DNA of 64,000 bases from Octopus bimaculoides (Eukaryota). The stretch spans positions 6,812,934 through 6,876,933 of the forward strand of contig NC_068982.1 of the NCBI RefSeq assembly GCF_001194135.2, given 5' to 3'. Of this stretch, positions 61,480 through 64,000 are shown piece by piece (within the stretch, counting starts at the first letter, position 1; the number at the start of each line of letters is the position of its first letter). Position numbers and translations under genes: made by a program. Under the pieces are notes generated by a model. The model did not search any database. It was not told where the DNA came from and worked only from the letters and a program-made list of their open reading frames with translations.

Positions 61480-61918
61480 ATTGATTGCCAGTCATTTGTT
61501 AGTCATTAGATTGTGGCCATACTGGGGCACTGCCTTAAAAAATTTTAGTCGAACTAATCGACTCCAGCACATCTTTCTATATTAAGTCTGGTATTTATTC
61601 TACCGGTGTCTTTTGCCGAACCGCTAAATTACGATGACGTAAACACACCAACACCGGTTAGCAAGCAGTGGTGGTGGAGAAACACAGACAGATAAACACG
61701 CACACACATCCATGCACATACATACACTCATGCACCCCCATCCCCACACACTCATGCATACCCACCCCCACACACTGACACGAAAAAACGACGGGCTTCT
61801 TTCAGCTTCTGTCTACCAAATCCCACGGGCAATTTGTTTGGTTGACTCATCGCTATGCAGTGGGACTGAACCCGGAACCACGTGGCTGGGAAGCAAGCGT
61901 CTTACCACACAGCCACGC
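61480..61918 (-). mobile_element. SINE family 1
   Basis: Diverged copy. Confidence 0.75.
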
Positions 61919-62049
61919 GTACACCTGTCTATATCATCATAATTTTATATCATCAGATTATTTTATTATCAAAGCATATAAATTCATATTTTAGCAACGC
62001 AGCACTTTCTACTTCACATATATAACCGAGATTTTGAAAAATTCTTTTA

Positions 62050-62433
62050 TTCTTGTATTCGTTTCAATTATTTGACTGCGGCCGTGTTGGAGCACCGCCT
62101 TTAGTCGAGCAAATCGACCCCAGGGCTTATTCTTTGTAAGCCTGGTACTTATTCTAGTGGTCTGTTTTGCCGAACCGCTAAGTTACGGGGACGTAAATAC
62201 AGACACACAAACATTCACACGCACACACACACAAACACATACACACACATAAACACACACACACACACATACATACATATACGACGGGCTTCTTTCAGTT
62301 TCTGTCTACCAAATCGATTCACAAGGCTTTGGTCGGCCCGAGGCTATAGTAGAAGGCACTTTCCCAAGGTGCCACGCAGTGGGGCTGAACCCGGAACCAT
62401 GTGGTTGGTAAGGAAGCGACTGACCGCACAGCC
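62050..62433 (-). mobile_element. SINE family 1
   Basis: Well-preserved copy. Confidence 0.85.
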
Positions 62434-63496
62434 AAGCAAAAATATTATATTCAATATTAAGAAAACTGGGAGGGATGGAAAGAGGCAGCACCCTGCCACT
62501 AGAGGTGATTTGGGTGGAGAAATCGCTGACCATGTCGGGCGTGTTCACCCAGAAGATACATACCTCTTGTGTTGCTCTTTCTGGTCACTTTGTCATGCAT
62601 CAATTCGATTTTGAACGCAAATTTGGAGACGTGAGAGACACCATACAAAATAACAACTGCACAGTCATTTATGCCTACAATAGTTTATGTAGAATTGATT
62701 ATCCTCGCCACCATCGCCACCGTGTAGCTTTTAATTAGAAGGTTGATACACATCATTGTATTGATAGTTATCATCCTTCATCAACAGCGTACACTTGCGG
62801 GTATAATTGCGAAGATGCTTCTGTACCTTTGGGAAATAATAAACACATTAGAAATAGATTCCTGATACTTTCTTCAATGCGCATAAATCTATAAATAGCC
62901 AGAAGAAATACTTCGTAAATTAATGCATTTCCCAAAGATGTTTGCAGTTGGAAATGAAACTCAAGTAATGAAATCATTCTTGTGACAATTTGTTTCAGTT
63001 ATATCTCAGTTATAGCTGTTTGTTTGAAATATGTATCACTGACAGTTTGTTTTATGACTAAAGTTAAAGTGATGGATAATCTAATTTAATCACCTTTCTA
63101 TCTGATTCCAAGTACATTCAATTATGTTTCATTAAAAATCTTCTATTTTCATGTAAGATACAGAGGATCATAAATAATTGATTTGTTCTGCCTTTTCCGT
63201 TGAGTCTTTATTCAGATGTGAGGTAAAGTTATGTAGTAGAGCATAAGTTACTGAACCAGATAGACAAGCATTTATTTTCCAGCGTGTAGGTTTAACGGTA
63301 ATGTTCATGAGGGCTATGCAATAAATTATGAAGCTGTGAAGTGTGTGGTAAGTATTCAAGATGAAAAGTTATGAAATCAAACTTAATTTTCACAGTTAAC
63401 GCAATAGTTTAACTCTGTCAGACATTTATATATTAGATTCAGCCAACCAAATTCATGACAATAAGAAATATAAAACGTAATTTCTAATTATTTTAC

Positions 63497-63705
63497 TACA
63501 ATTCTATATCTAAGAGATGAGGAATTATGTACATTATTTACATTTGATGGATATTTGTCCTCATCTTGTTTGTTGTTAACACAACGTTTCGGCTGATATA
63601 CCCTCCAGCCTTCATCAGGTGTATTGGGAGAAATTTCGAACCTGGGTTCTCATTCCTAAATATTTTTGATGTTGTTGTTGTTATTATTATTATTATTATT
63701 ATTAT
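63497..63705 (-). mobile_element. Family A element, copy 8 (left arm only visible)
   Basis: Complete end, hammerhead and (ATT)n, then interrupted by the R4/Dong element. Confidence 0.85.
63578..63623 (-). ncRNA. Minimal hammerhead ribozyme (family A), core intact
   Basis: Minus strand UACAC-CUGAUGA-A-GGCUG..CAGCC-GAA-ACGU-U-GUGUU. Confidence 0.75.
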
Positions 63706-64000
63706 TTTATGTTTGACTTTTGTTTTGCATTTGTACAAGTTGGATTCAAGTCTCACCCAGAGACCTCAAGAGACAACAAGTTAGAAGTTCATGTAGTGTT
63801 ATGCCTAGGATACCATATATTTGGATTTGTACAGTTTTGTTCAAGTGAATATTTAAGAAACCATAAGAAAATTATGTGTTTGCTTTAAAATTTGAGATCA
63901 CATAGACAGTATTTTACGTAGGATATGGGCAGTTCCCATGAGCACTATCTTTTGAACTTCAGCCATTTTGGTGTTTCCTGGAATCTGATCTAGGTAGTAA
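63706..64000 (-). mobile_element. 3' end of an R4/Dong-clade (RLE) non-LTR retrotransposon, continuing beyond the window
   Basis: Minus-strand 63999-63898 encodes YYLDQIPGNTKMAEVQKIVLMGTAHILRKILSM*, matching the R4-clade C-terminal QK..L.GTA.ILR..L motif; ~190-nt 3' UTR then (TAA)n. Confidence 0.8.

Noticed and set aside
62771-62977. Possible mariner C-terminal relic on the minus strand
   Set aside because: Only faint motif resemblance (FHFQLQTSLG; FPKG..AVDEG); no TIR found.

Overview
AT-rich, gap-containing eukaryotic genomic DNA with no confidently identifiable host gene. The SINE families and microsatellite load suggest an octopus or other coleoid cephalopod; this is inferred from recognising repeats, not from a database search. 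The window is almost entirely transposon-derived. It holds two tRNA-derived SINE families (~20 copies), ~8 RTE-type 3' tails, at least five Tc1/mariner relics, piggyBac/Tigger/hAT-type MITEs, a THAP-domain mini-element, a probable non-autonomous Helitron, old RTE endonuclease relics inside an ancient triplication, and the 3' end of an R4/Dong-type LINE at the right edge. The main discovery is a family of eight fold-back (palindromic) elements. Each arm reads tRNA-like Pol III head - (AAT)n - minimal type I hammerhead ribozyme - fixed 3' end (...TATAGAACTGTA). Six of the seven copies with both ends visible have 10-20 bp target-site duplications (four near-perfect, two with mismatches). The family looks like a Penelope-dependent, ribozyme-carrying SINE. 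Its (AAT)n linker is repeatedly used as a landing pad by TAA-tailed elements, including R4/Dong. At least two further, unrelated hammerhead-bearing fold-back families are also present. Most ORFs in the supplied track are microsatellite, gap or antisense-repeat artefacts.
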